In this document: positions 12,430 through 26,030 of the stretch, piece after piece
How positions within the stretch are numbered: position 1 is the first letter of the stretch
How the letters are laid out: each line of letters begins with the position of its first letter
Assembly (NCBI RefSeq): GCF_000143415.4
Contig: NW_003314438.1
Location: forward strand, 1-64,000
Origin: Selaginella moellendorffii
Taxonomy: Eukaryota; Plantae; Lycopodiophyta
Direction of reading: 5' to 3'
Length of the DNA stretch: 64,000 nucleotides
Notes under the pieces: model-generated
What the model was told of the DNA's origin: nothing
What the model saw: the letters and a program-made list of their open reading frames with translations, nothing else
The model's database searches: none
Program-made: the position numbers and the translations under genes

Positions 12430-15400
12430 ATGGAGAGTTTCCTTTTACATTACCAAGATCACCCACCACTTTCTTTCTTCTAAAGTCTTATTTCAGAAAG
12501 TTTTCTTTGCCAACGTTTCGATTTTTCTCTCGATTCTATTTCATTGGAGGCTGTGATTCGCAACAACATTGGTGTAGTTGAACGATTGGAGTTTCTTCTT
12601 TCGGATGTAGGTGAAGGTGGACAACATTGAGATTTGCAACATTCCAAGTCGAATGAGATTTGAGGTTTTGGATCTCCAATCAAAGAGCGAGGCTGCAATC
12701 CTAGCAAAGTGAATGTGACGTAAGAGTTGGTCGTCATCATTCTTCCTCTTCTAGTTCTGGTGGAAATTTTAGTCCAATGCAAGCCAAGAATTTCCAAATT
12801 CCAACTTCACCGATATTCAAAGTTGTTTGCAACACTTTTCAGTTTTCCCGCCTCTCTATTGATGTGCATTCCTTTCAACATAGGCCCGTTAGCGAGCTCC
12901 TATCTACATATAATGGCAATATCTTCTTTGAACTACCACCTCTTGTCAGCTCAAAACGAAAGGGGATGGAGATGAAGTGGGACGTCCACAACTAGTGCAA
13001 GATCAAGACTGCACATTTTAAGCATTTCGAAGGCACAGTGTCTATGGTTCATTGTGGTGGGTATTTGGATTGTGTGAATAAAGCATGCAATCAAGAGCGC
13101 GGCAAGAACTCCATATTTTTTTAAGGATCTACAACCAATCCTCCCATCTGTGACATTGGTGTTGGATTCAAATGTCTATTTTGCAAGAATGCTCCATTGT
13201 GTCGTGCCATCTGCGGGGCAAAGATGTACTATTTTCTTCCATGGGATGGAGAGGCTAGTAGAGCTGTAATACATATTGGCACGCACACACATCCAATGCA
13301 GGAAGGGATACAAAGGAGTTTAGTCAACTGTTTCAAAGATGCAGTGCAAATAGAGACTGTGAGAAACTCATTTGCAATTCGAAGCATGTTCAAAAGATAG
13401 TGCTCAAGGATTTTATCACAAGCACTTTATTTGATCCGGACTGCAAGAATACTCAACTGGATGAGACCAGCTTGCGGGAGTTACTATGACATGTGCAACC
13501 TACAACTAGCCTCAGAAGGTATGAAAATATTATTACATACTTTTCAATAATATCTCTCTTACATTTTGTTTTATTTAGGATAAAGTCTTGGATGTGTGAA
13601 TCTCGAGAAGGGAAAATCCAATAAAAAATCGACTCAATCCTTGAGCTAAAACGAACTTGTCCCTACGAGTTTATCCATGGGAGTTTATTTCCAGATCAAG
13701 TCGTTAGTGAGTAAGAGCGCCCATTCGTTTTCAAAATGTCTACCATGGGCCCTGCCTCTGGTGTGGATCTTGTTTCCTGAATGAATATGTCTGGGTTAAA
13801 TGACCTTGCTAATGCATGGGTACATTTGACCATATGGAGCGGGTGGCCGGTTGAACAACCATGGGAGCTCATGTGTATGATCCGATGTAGTTTTTTTTCT
13901 CATTATCTTAAAATGGTTTTAAGCATTGCCTTTTTTACAGGCTACATTGTAACTTGACAATTGCAACAGCAGAGTTTAAAGTACAAGACCAGATGGCTCA
14001 GGAAATATTTTGGAAGTCCCTCTCCGACATTGTATTGAAGCAAACTGGTAAGCCTACCAACTTTTGAGGTTTCATGGTAGATGGGGCTGGGGCTAATTGG
14101 AATGGTGTCTGGGCAGTCTTCAGGAATGGTCAACCCCTAGAAGGTCGTGAGAGGACTTATGAGTTCCATTGGGCTCAGAGCCTAAACCAACATTGCCATC
14201 TTATCAAGCCAGATTTCCAATTAACATTTAAAGAGTTGTGCAAACAATGGCAAGCTACACCTTCTGAAGAAGAGCATGAGGCAAAAGCAAACAAGATCCG
14301 AATGTGGTGGCATGAAGATGGCTATACTGACGTAAGTTGTCTACCACAACTTGAGTCATGGTTGGGGTGGTGGGAAGTCAGAATGTTTCAATGGGGACAT
14401 CACTCTTTTCAGGTTGGTTTTTCTTTTTTTCCTCTCTTTTTATTGCTTTTTAATATCATCTTTTTATAAGGATCAACCACTTAAGGATCTTGCATACACC
14501 CCAACTGTGAATCTTTCAGAGAGTAAACATTAGAGTTGGTGTTCCCCTGAGGCAAGGAAAGAGAAGATGAGTTTATATGAAGCATGTCTATCAAATTTGA
14601 TACGCACTGTAGAGTAGTCTTCAAAAGCCTTGGCATTTGAGGAAGGAAGATATATGGGAATAGGACCTTTGGTTGAGATATTACATGATCAGATGAAGAA
14701 GAAAGTGATTCCACCAGCACAAATAGTGGCAACTGCAGTGGAAGAAGTGGTCTGTGGCACATTTATGGAGCACACTCCATGGGCTTCTATTGGTGATATA
14801 AAGACCTTCTGCTCAAAGCATTGCTTTTCCTTTGTTGGTGAAGATGTTGGCATGGATCTTGGAGCAAAAAGCTCTCATATGCCTGATGTTGAGTATCATT
14901 CTGCTCCAAGACATCGCCCCTGAACCAAGCCACTTCAAGTGGCTGATGAAGAAAGTGCATCATAGCAGGTTGAAATTGCTTATCGTAACTTGGAGCTGAA
15001 GCAATGGGCAATCCGTCGAGTGCTAGCAAAATCAAATGTAAAGTGTGTGGGGATGCTTTCGAGGGGCAAGTGTTGGGCTTGGATTAATGGTGATAAGTCT
15101 GCTTCTATTCCAACCCTATGTTTCCATGGGGAATGAAAGCAAGCAAGATTTTCAAGATGGTGTTGGTTATATTGCTGCAACACTGATGTCAACCATACAA
15201 AGCGGCTTGAAGACACTATAGTGACTAAACTTGATGCAATACCTAAAGAATGGCTGGTTGCTAATGGGGTTGCGCTCACCTCGGATGAGATTGAAAACCT
15301 TGAAAAATTTGGTTTCAATCTTGAAAGAAGAGTTAGAGACATGAGTGATAAAACCAGGACTGTTCCTTTAGAGATGCATAGGAGGCTAGCGAGAAAAGGT

Positions 15401-15612
15401 AAGGCAGTTAAATTTATTGGTACTGTTTCCAAGTAGAAGCAAGGTAAAATAAATTTGGTTCAAACACTTGAGTGTGAGATTCTCTCCACGAAGTACATCA
15501 CTGTGCTTGCAAAGGAGTACATAGTCAAAACAGAAGGTGGAGAGTACACAATTGCCATTTAAGACTTTCCTTCTTGCACATGTCCAAACTTTACGAAGCG
15601 CGAGGAACATGA
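12430..15612 (+). pseudogene. MULE-like transposase pseudogene (GCM-like Zn domain, DDE core, SWIM finger)
   Basis: HCGGYLDCVNKAC..CLFC..CRAICGAKMYY..IHIGTHTHP (GCM-like); FMVDGAGANW; EFHWAQSL; WLGWWEVR..QWG; TPTVNLSESKH (catalytic E); YTIAI*DFPSCTCPNF (SWIM). Short GT-AG introns and many stops. Confidence 0.8.
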
Positions 15613-15619
15613 GAAGGCA

Positions 15620-17500
15620 TCATCATCACAATCCCCTATCTCAATTACAATAACTATAAATGGGATTAAAGTTTTTTCTTTTCTTAGGCGAGAGTTCTTT
15701 AAGCAATGTAGCTCTAAAGTAATGTATTATAATGAGAAGTTGGCCTAGAGTGAGTGTAATTCCAGCATTTAAAATGCCTTTCACTATCTTCTTCTCATCC
15801 TTGTCATCTAGCTTTAGTATAGGATTTTATTTTTGCACTAATGGTAAATTTGTATTAACTTGTACAGGTGTGAGACTTTCTGTGTTAGAATCATCATTCT
15901 CCAAATCAACTTGTGATTGTAAATTTTAGAGTTGTTAAGTGATTTCTGAGTTTATATTTTTCTTTTAGCGCTATTGAGAGTAAAGAATGATTTTTACTAT
16001 ATCATCACTCCCTTCATCTTGGCTTTCAAATTTAACTCTCCTTCGTTGGGCTTTAATCATGACAGACATTATGTAGCTTTTCTATATCTGATCATTCTAC
16101 CTCAACATGCTTAGCTACAGGTTGTATATCTTTATGGGGTCTATCATTCTTGCTTGATGATTCAGCTTGATTGTATAACCTAGGATAACAAGTAAGAGTC
16201 TTAACTTGATCATACTCTTTTGGCCTTTTATATTCTCTAAACTTATTGTAGCCTCTTGGTTGATTGTATTCTCTAGGCCAATTATAGTCTCTAGGTCTAT
16301 TTTCCTCACGATTAAGTGGATAATTTCGAAAATACTTCTAGGAGGATAATTTTGATAGTCATTTTACTTTTCAATGCATGGATATTTACATTTAGCTCTT
16401 CAATTATCATTGTAATCGTTCCTTCTAAGATAAATTCTATCATCAAATAGAAAGCTTTACTTATGTGTTGTTTTATCAACTCAGACTGCCTGTTGCTCTT
16501 TTGGTTGTTTAAATAAGGTTCTACATTCTTTAGCTATATGCCTCTTTTTTTTCACTAATATGACACTTGATCAGTTGGAATTTGTATTCTTCCTTACTAT
16601 AGCCTTTAGTTTTGTATTTGGTACACCAAATCTTTTGTTTGAGATTGGTTTGCAATTTAAAGCTTCTTAAACGGCTGATTTCCCTTTTTACAGGAATCAT
16701 CTTTTCCTCTTACTTCACCATATCTACCATATCATATTGTTTCATGAGACTTTGGTAGACAATCATGGTTTTTTTTAAGTCATCAAAATCTGTATAAACT
16801 CTCTTTATCACATTTTCATAATAAATTTTCTTGAGGCCCTATATGTCTAAGTGTAGGCGCTTATATCTAACATGAAGTTTTTATAATGCTTATAACGCTT
16901 GTTGAATCAAGTTGTATATTCCTTGATTGTCTCAGATTTTCCTTGATGAAGTTTTTGCAACTCATTATAGTTTTCTCCTGGGTTTGTTTCTATAGAGAAA
17001 ACTTTTAAGGAAAAACTTTTTCTGCTCATCAAATGTGCTAAACTTTTGGACATCATTGTCATAGTATTAATTTTTGGCTTTATTTTTTAGCATATAAAAG
17101 AAAAGATTATTTTCCTGCCCATTTGCTTGATTAAGTTTAATTGCTTCTGTGTATTGCTCAATATGTAATTGTGGGTCCTCTCCTTTAATTCTAGAAAAGG
17201 ATGAAAGGAGGTCAAAATCACGAATATCATGAATAAGTGCTCTGTACTCTTATTTTATATTTTGTGAATACTTCTTTTCAGACTACCTTCTGCTTATCAG
17301 ATTGTGAGGGAAATATTGTATATCTATAACCTTGTTTTATAAATAATGATAATTTTATATATAGGGATTATGCCCTTTAAAGCTTTATAGGTAAGGTCTA
17401 TACCTATATATTTCGAGGTTTATTGGCATTACTACTATAGTAAGCCTAGTTATTATGCCTCATTTGTGGAATGAGTGGTACAAGGTTTTGGTATGCAATA
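15620..17500 (-). mobile_element. Decayed Ty3/gypsy gag (to protease linker) remnant
   Basis: Minus strand reads FSRIKGEDPQLHIEQY (~17180, gag motif), a degenerate zinc knuckle IWCTKYKTKGYSKEEY (~16600) and the ITLTLGQLL linker (~15750). Boundaries approximate. Confidence 0.6.
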
Positions 17501-19725
17501 TATTCTTTTTGTAAATTGGCCTATTATTCACTCTTAGGAACCTAGCTTCCCAATTAATTTTGAAATGGGGATGGCTTTCCTTTAGAGGCCAAATATCTAG
17601 GATATTTCTTATATGAAAGTCCCAAAAATTTCTTGAGTAACAAATGTTGTTTTACATAGCATATCTATCTTGCTCATGTGTGGTCTACCTTAAAAGATTT
17701 TTATTCCACAAAATTTTGTTGCATATCAATCTAAATTTGTAATTGATCCAATGTCTATTAGCTTAGTTATTAGCAAATATATTTCCATCTATGGGTATCC
17801 AAGCTTTATTGTGAACTATTAAAGTTCCTACAATAGCTTTTTTGCCTAAGATTATATAAAATTGTAGTAGTAGGTAAAATTTATAAATCCTTTATATATT
17901 ATAATAATTAAAATTTGCATCTAGCTCATATAGGTAGACTATCTCTCTGTCTAGGAAGAATCCTAGTACTATTTTCTTTTTGTATAGGTAACTCCACAGA
18001 TATAAATCTTGCTTAAATTGTGTACCTACAAAGTAATCTAAATGTATTATCACATTTTCTTTGACAATAGTAAAGATACCAAGAGTCAGACTTTTGTATA
18101 TCTTGAGTAGAATATTGTCAAGTATCTCGCTCGATAATTCGTCAAGTAGTTTAAGAAATTTTGTTAAATCTATCATTCATTGGCTTAGTTAGGCACATAA
18201 GATAATTTAACTTTTGTTTTCTTATACTTTTGCTTAGTCACACAAACTGGGGATCAATCAACTTTTGTCTAGGTCTATAAGCAAAATATATCTTCTAATA
18301 GATGTGGTGGATTGTTAGTAAACATTCTTATTTTATCTACCTCAATTCCCCCATTCAACTTCTATCAGAAGAATGGAGGGTTGTCAATCCTCAATTTCTC
18401 CATATAGGTGCTCAGGAGGTCTTTTCCTTTCTACTCGTACCTAATGTGGTTAAGATTAATTCAATGCAAAGTCTCTGGCACGTGATAGCTAATTCTAGAG
18501 TAATTTGCCTGCTTCATAATGAGTCTTACCCTCTAGCTTATAACCAACTTTGCCCTTACAACTGTGGAATTAGAAAGAGTGGGCTATTGCTCTTGGAAAA
18601 TTTTGAATAAACCTCTTTTAAATGGATCAACACTAGAGACTAATTTAAACAAGGCATGGAGACCATTCCATGAAATTGCCTTGTGAAATCAACACAATAG
18701 TCAAATTGTCTAGCATATGATAGTATGTTCTAGATTGATTTGTTTGAAATGACGTTAAGTAGTTTTTCAAATATATAAAAGCTATATAATAGTTAATTTT
18801 CAAAAATTTGTTTTAGATTTAGACAAAAATTGTTTTTAAAGACAAATTTCTCTCTAGCCTCTTCGCTAACAAGTAGTAATGGTCAATATAAATCTCTACT
18901 TAAGCTTGTATGACAGATTTTTGAGTTTTGAAATGTATTTCAAAATTTCTAAGAGTGTCTGAGGCTATTTCACCTTTTCAGACAAAACCCTTTTTTAATA
19001 TCTCTAAGCTTTTTCTATTTCTTTAAAGATCAAAGTGATAGTAGTAGTGTTTCCAAGACTGATGTCTATGCCTAGCAGCAAGCTCCACAACTCTTTATTC
19101 TGTGTTTATGGCATAAATCCTCTCGACTGCTTCATCTGGTAAAAGTTTGATTAGCACATGGGGTGATTTATGCATTCCAAATGTAGGCAGAAATTAAGCT
19201 ATAACTTTTACTGAAGTATTTGTATAATTTTACCTATGTGGTAAATATTCACTAGGTATGTGAAGAGGTATATACATCTGTGGATTTACATTTCATAAAG
19301 GTGGTTCACACCTTGTAAAGGGTATTTCATGCCTAAAGTGGTGAATATTTCCCCTAGCAATTGAGCGTCGTTCAACTGGTTTGAAAGGTGAATTTTCACC
19401 TCTTTGTCTATGCCTCACTTCAGACGATATAAGGTGCATTTCACGTGATTGCTCTTGATTCCTCTCTATGGGCTTAGATATGATGTGATTGCTCTCAAAA
19501 TTTATAGGAGAGTGACACCTTTCACATTGAGCAATATTTGTAAGCTCTTTATGTATAAAAGAATAAGCCTTTATTAATTCACTTAAGTGTACTAGGTATA
19601 AAGTGGTATTTTCAACTTGTGAGTCTTGTTCAAGTCTTATAAGCTCTTGCAATATACGTAGGAAACTTAAACTTGAGACAAGTCTACTCTCAAAGCATGT
19701 TGAAGTAGTTGTCTAAGCTAAAGGA

Positions 19726-20130
19726 TGTCAGGAATCCCCCAATTCTTGCCATATTCCTGACTCTCGCCGGATTCCTGACCTGCAGACCACATTCCTGACT
19801 CCCGAGACACTTCCCTATTCCTGACTCTCAAGACATTCCTGACTCTCGAGACACTTCCCTATTCCTGACTCTCAAGACACTTCCCGATTCCTGAGTCTCG
19901 AGCCACATTCCTGATATTGATGTGGCACCTCCTCGACCTCAGCTATATTTAGGCCGTCCTCGATCCAAGGGTGGTGGAGCTTCATCAACCTATAGTATAT
20001 ATAGGTTAACCTTGTTCCATTTCTCCACAATTTGAATCAACACCAATCTAAGGCCTTTTCTTTGTTTTCACTAGCTTTTTCTCTTTGTCTTTAGCATTTT
20101 CCAGTCTTGATCTTGTTGGGGGTCTTGACA
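19726..20130 (+). repeat. 5' LTR of the chromovirus
   Basis: TG...CA ends, internal ATTCCTGACTC tandem units, TATA-like TATATATA at ~19996. Confidence 0.97.
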
Positions 20131-20132
20131 GT

Positions 20133-20148
20133 TTGATTCAGATTGTGG
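20133..20148 (+). promoter_or_regulatory. Self-priming primer-binding site
   Basis: TTGATTCAGATTGTGG is the reverse complement of the LTR sequence CCACAATCTGAATCAA (exact at 25217-25232; one G:U pair at 20025-20040). There is no tRNA-type TGG PBS. Confidence 0.8.
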
Positions 20149-20227
20149 TTTTTGCTTTTCTTTTAGCTCACTTTGATTCTTTGATTGCCTTTGTCTTTTT
20201 CCCCCTTTCTTTTCTTTCTTCTTGCCA

Positions 20228-21198
20228 ATGGAGTCTCCAAGCCATCTTGATTTCTTTGCCGAAGTCCTTGCAAAAATCCAGTCTGAGAATACCGAGCTAA
20301 AGGCGACCCTTCTTCGCATGCAGCAGGAGCTTGCTTCACTTTCGGCTCAGGGATCCAGCAAAGTTCCTGAACCGAAGGTGAGTTTCCTGGCGAAATTTTC
20401 AGGCAAGCGTTCGGAGCTTCGTGGATTTTTGAACCAAATGGAGCTGATCTTTGCACTTCAACATCGGCGGTACCCCACTCCCGAGTCTCAAATCGGCGCA
20501 ATTGGGACGTTGCTCGAGGGTGCAGCTTTGTCATGGTTTTCTCCTCTTCTGGAGAAGAGCATGAAAGGGGTCGTGGTTCCGGAGCTGATGGATCTTCAAT
20601 TGTTCAAAGAGAAGCTCGAAGTATGTTTTGGCGAGACGGATCGGTTTCGGGCTGCTACCACAAAGATGAGACGTCTCTCTCAGGGGTCTCGTCCTGCCTT
20701 GATCTACGCTGCAGAGTTCCAACTCCTTGCCTTGGACACTCAATGGGATGAACGGGCCCTGATTGACCAATTTCGTTTCGGCCTCAACAACGGTGTCAAG
20801 GATTTGTTGCTCACCATGGAGGATCCCAAGGACCTGTCGGATGCCATCAACAAAGTTGTTCGATGTGACAATCGTCTCTTTGAACGTCGTCAGGAAAGTC
20901 GCCGCGCCGTTGTTTTTCCGTCCCAGACTCAGGAATCCCAGCTTGAGTCTTCGGGGCATAGTCCTGAACCTACTGCTCCGGTCCCGATGGATATTTCTGG
21001 TACTCCCCGACTCATTAGAGGGAAGTTGAGTCCTGCTGAGAAGCAACGTTGAATATCTCATAATCTTTGCCTCTACTGTGCTGATCCTAATCACAAAGCA
21101 GTTGTGTGTCCCAAGAAGCCTCCCCGATTGCTCGAGTTCACTTTGCCTCAAATTCCACCTCTGTTGCAGTTGGGAAACGACCCTGTCCAAACAGAGTA
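20228..21198 (+). pseudogene. gag: gag with CCHC zinc knuckle; internal TGA at 21050
   Basis: KFSGKRSELRGFLNQ, LSWFSPL, FRFGLNNGVKD, VPMDIS, then CLYCADPNHKAVVC after the stop. Confidence 0.92.
21172..21178 (+). promoter_or_regulatory. -1 ribosomal frameshift slippery site G GGA AAC (gag to pol)
   Basis: The heptamer is in the gag frame and the pol/protease frame is -1 relative to gag. It is the same heptamer used by sushi/PEG10-type elements. Confidence 0.8.
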
Positions 21199-24100
21199 GG
21201 AGCTGTCTGTTTGGACTCCTTGAATAAAAATCACTTTTCTTCCTTATCAAGCTCCTCACCACCTTTCATCAAAGCCACCACCAATTCCCGCAACTTCCGT
21301 GTCCCATGTCTCCTTTCTTTCACCGGACAATCAGGACTCAAGGCTTTGGCGCTACTGGACTCGGGTGCAACTTCCTGCTTCATGGACACGGACTTTGCTG
21401 CCCGACATCACGTTCCTCTGTCTCCTACCATACGGGATCTGAGGGTTGAAGGCATTGGCGGGAATTTTGTGTCTCCATCTTCTGGACTTAGGGAAACATT
21501 GCCCGTTCGAGTACACATTGGGTCCACCGTCACCGATATCGCCTTCAACATCATCAACAGCAAGTCCGCCTCTGTGGTGCTCGGTCTTCCTTGGTTCCAA
21601 CTACATCAGCCTCAGATTTGTTGGAAGGACTTACAGCTCATCTCTCCCACATCACCATCTCCCACGGCTTCCCCTGCTGTTCATCGAGTCTGAATCAGGA
21701 AAAGTTCCCTAAACTCAAATCGGGGTTCTGTTCCTGACTCTACGAAGTTTTCACCCTCTTCTTTTTCCTCTCTTCCATCTTACACTGGACAGTATCCTCG
21801 TCTCATCATTCCATTTAGTCATACACCTCCTCCTATCTCCACAATCACTATGCAAGAACTCCTTCATGAAGAACCTATTTTCCTTTTTGCTTTGCATGTT
21901 TTTCCTGTCAGTCTTCCTGAGAAGTATCATGATTTTGGGGATGTGTTTGAAAAGAAAAAAGCTAGTGTACTACCTACTCATCGGCCTTATGACTGTCCCA
22001 TTGATTTACAGGAAGGAGTGTCACCTCCGTGGGGGCCTATCTACGGGTTATCCCCGTCCAAGCTTAAGGCCCTCAAAGAGTACGTGGATGAGAACCTTGC
22101 CTCAGGGTTCATTCAGCATTCGCAGTCCCCGGCTGGAGCGCCTGTCTTCTTTGTCAAGAAGAAGGATGGGAGTTTGCGGCTAGTCATCGATTACCGAGGT
22201 TTGAACAAGGTGACTGTTCAGAACCGTTATCCGCTGCCCCTGATCTCGGACCTGTTGGAACGCCTCGGCGGTGCCCGCTTCTTCACCAAGATTGACCTTC
22301 GTGGCGCATACAACCTGATCCGGATCCGGCCTGGTGATGAATGGAAGACTGCGTTCCGAACCCGCTATGGCCACTTCGAGTACACTGTCATGCCATTTGG
22401 CTTGACAAATGCTCCAGCAGTTTTTCAACACATGGCGAACGACGTCTTTTGGGAGTTTCTTGATCAGATGGTGATCGTCTACCTCGATGACATCCTCATC
22501 TACTCAAGAACTCAGGAGGAGCATGACCAACACGTACGCAAGGTGCTGGCGAAGCTGCGAGAACACGGCCTATACGCAAAGCTTGAGAAATGTTCCTTGG
22601 GTACATTGTCACTCCTGAGGGTATTGCGATAGATCCTGCCAAAGTCAAGACTATTCTCGAGTGGGAGCCTCCACAATCAATGTCGGACGTTCAGGTTTTC
22701 CTTGGCTTCGCCAACTTCTACCGCAAATTCATTGATCACTACTCTGACATTGTCCTTCCTCTCACGCATCTCACTCACAAGGATGTTCCCTTCTCTTGGT
22801 CTATTGCTGCCCAGCACGCCTTCGACACTCTCAAGGCAGCCTTTAGTTCTGCTCCCGTTTTGATCCATGCTGATTCCTCACAACCTTTCTTCATCGAGGC
22901 TGACGCCTCCGACTTTGCTATCGGTGCTGTGCTGTCTCAACTCGGAGCGGATCAAAAACTTCATCCGGTCGCTTTCCATTCTCGGAAATTTCAGCCTGTG
23001 GAGATCAATTACGAAATCCATGACAAGGAGCTCCTTGCCATCATGGATTCCTTTGGAGAGTGGCGCCGTTTCTTGGAGGGGGCGGGCCATCAAACAACAG
23101 TCTGGACGGATCACAAAAATCTCGAGTACTTTGCCACTTCTCGAGTTTTAAGGGTGGGCATAATTCCTGAGTCGGTTTGACTTTGTTATCAAGTACAGAC
23201 CTGGAAAGCTTCAAGGCCTTCCTGATGCTCTTTCAAGGCGCTCCTATCTCAGTCTCAGGCCTGGTAATCCTGCCTTCGATCAACAGGATCAAATTATCCT
23301 CGGTCCTGATCGGCTTCAAGTTATGGCAATTTCCCTGGCCCCTCAGGACTCCTCCTTGATGGATGCCATCAGAAATGATCTTCAATCCGATGATCTCGCC
23401 AGTGACATTTTCCCCCATCTTCAGGCTGGACACCCTGTGATTCCCAACTGCCGGCGATTTGACGAGTTCGAGTTCTTAGATGGCTTATTATACCGTGGGG
23501 AGTAGCTTTACGTTCCTGAAGGTGATGCTCGAAGGTTGGTCCTAATGGCGTGCCACGATAGCCCGACTGCTGGTCACTTCGGCATTGTGAAAACCTATGA
23601 GCTAGTTGCACGGGACTTTTGGTGGCCTCACATGGACGACTACATCAAAGCTTTTGTTACCTCCTGTGACACTTGCGCCCGGAATAAAGTACTTCGCCAC
23701 CTTCCTTCAGGTTTGCTTCGTTCCCTTCCTGTCCCTTCAGGTCCTTGGGAATCCATCTCCATGGATTTCTTGAGTGATCTTCTGAGTTCTGGAGGCTTCA
23801 ACAGCATTTTAGTCGTGGTGGATCACTTCACAAAGATGGCGCACTTCTTGCCATGTACCAAGGAGTTTTCGGGTGAGGACATGGCAAAATTGGTATTCAG
23901 GGAAATTTTCCGACTTCATGGGATTCCTACAGATGTGGTTTCGGATCGAGGGCCTCAATTCATCTCTCATTTTTGGCAACGGTTTTTGCAGCTGCTTGGA
24001 GTGAAGGCCAACCTCTCTTCAGCGTATCATCCTCAAACTGATGGGCAGTCCGAGCGAATGATTCAGACGTTGAAACAATTCTTGAGGTGCTTCATCAACT

Positions 24101-24906
24101 ATCATCAGGATAACTGGTTCGATATCCTTCCCCTTGCTGAGTTATCTTATAACAACTCTATTCACTCCTCTCTTCGAATTTCCCCCTTCTTTGCAAACTC
24201 TGGCCGAAATCCCCGATTCAATCTCTCACTTCCTTCTCCATCCGAATCTTCTCATTCAAATCCCCGCTCTGAGGCATTTGTCTCCAACCTCCAAGAAATC
24301 CATAACTCCATCTCCTTCCACCTCCATCGTGCTCAGGAATCTCACAAAACATTTGCCAATATCCATCGTCAGGATTGTCCCCCTTACAATATCGGGGATA
24401 AAGTTTGGCTCCTCAGGCGAAATATCTCCACCACTAGGCCCTGTCCAAAACTTGATTTCAAACGCCTCGGTCCTTTCCCTATCACTGCCATCATTAATCC
24501 TGTCACTTATCGCCTTGCACTTCCCTCCTCATATCAAATTCACCCCATTTTTCATTCCTCTCTCCTTGAGCCTTATAGTCCCAGTCCTATTCCCAATCGG
24601 GTCATTCCTCCACCTCCACCAGTGCAGCTCGAGGATGGGTCTGAGTACGAGGTTCAGGACATCCTTGATTCCAAGATTTCACGGTCTAAACTCTACTATC
24701 TGGTTGACTGGAAGGGTTACGGGCCTGAAGAATGCACTTGGGAACCTGCGGACAACCTGATTCATTCTCCTGACCTTGTTCAGGACTTCCACTGCCGCTA
24801 TCCTAGTCGTCCCAGTCCTCATTCTTTTTCTCCATCTCCCATCCCTCGCCGCTCATCTCATCCTCCTCATCGTTCTCATTCACATTCTCGTTCCACTCGT
24901 TCTTGA
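21172..24906 (+). pseudogene. pol: pol: protease, RT, RNase H, integrase, chromodomain (stops/frameshifts at ~21691, ~22590, ~23150, 23503)
   Basis: LLDSGAT, YLDDILI, ADASDFAIGAVL, HDSPTAGH..CDTC, SDRGPQF, QTDGQSER, YEVQDILDS..YLVDWKGYG..TWEP. Confidence 0.95.
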
Positions 24907-24917
24907 GGAGGGGGTGC

Positions 24918-25322
24918 TATCAGGAATCCCCCAATTCTTGCCATATTCCTGACTCTCGCCGGATTCCTGACCTGTAGACCACATTCCTGACTCCCGAGAC
25001 ACTTCCCTATTCCTGACTCTCAAGACATTCCTGACTCTCGAGACACTTCCCTATTCCTGACTCTCAAGACACTTCCCGATTCCTGAGTCTCGAGCCACAT
25101 TCTTGATATTGATGTGGCGCCTCCTTGACCTCAGCTATATTTAGGCCATCCTCGATCCAAGGGTGGTGGAGCTTCATCAACCTATAGTATATATAGGTTA
25201 GCCTTGTTCCATTTCTCCACAATCTGAATCAACACCAATCTAAGGCCTTTTCTTTGTTTTCACTAGCTTTTTCTCTTTGTCTTTAGCATTTTCCAGTCTT
25301 GATCTTGTTGGGGGTCTTGACA
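24918..25322 (+). repeat. 3' LTR of the chromovirus
   Basis: Copy of 19726-20130 with the terminal TG mutated to TA. Preceded by the PPT GAGGAGGGGGTGC. Confidence 0.97.
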
Positions 25323-26030
25323 AAGGACCTTGGATCAAAGCCTTAAAACAACATAATGTTTTAATTGTGATTCTACCTCTGTCAAAGCCTTGTAAAATTT
25401 AAGTGAATAATTCCCCAATTTGTTTTTCATAAGGCTGGCTTTAGCTCTCTTTAACCTAGAGTTGAAGACAAGAGTTATAAGTGCCCAATTTTTCTACTTG
25501 TGTATGCCTAAAAAAATTGTGACACACTACTGAAAAATATGTCCTTAAAAATCTAAGTGAGAACTTGCTCAAAAGGAAAGAATTCTAGAGTTGTTGATTA
25601 TGTTTTCCACATCAAACAAACTCCATTCCTTCTTCTTTTGGATTTTTCTCAAGAAATTGCTGATAAAACAATTTAAACTTAAGTTTTTAAACAATGTATG
25701 CTGAATTCTAATTTCAAACTCATCCCATGCTCTGTGGCTTATATGAGGGTTGAAAAACTATCTTTCTTGCATTGTCTGGGCACTAAGCCACTGCAATCAC
25801 AAAATCATTCTCTTTAGCTTCTTATAGTTTGTCACTATTTTGCAAGTAGGGGCGAGAACATGAGTATAGGTAGAAAAAGCCTTACTCATTTTTAGTGATC
25901 ATAGTGGGATAAGCCATCACTCTTTAGTTTGAAAAACAACCAGGAAAAAATTGCTTGTGAATTCCAAACGTGCTCAATACTAGGAATCACAAGTAGATCT
26001 TTTCAATGATTACAAAGGCTCTGAGCCCAA

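Larger units (their letters stand above)
5012..15620. mobile_element. Large MULE/Mutator-like DNA transposon (decayed; right end not found) carrying cargo genes
   Basis: Begins GGGGGATGGTCCAAAG exactly where gypsy homology stops. The same terminus starts the nested element at 7936. Contains a divergent transposase pseudogene (+) and a ParB/MTase-like pseudogene (-). The sequence switches to a gypsy gag-pol remnant after ~15620. Confidence 0.72.
19726..25322 (+). mobile_element. Full-length Ty3/gypsy chromovirus LTR retrotransposon (Tcn1-like), young but mutated
   Basis: 405-bp LTRs differing at 8 positions by my count (all transitions), 5-bp TSD AAGGA (19721-19725 / 25323-25327), gag-PR-RT-RH-IN-chromodomain order, PPT at 24905-24917. 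Confidence 0.97.
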
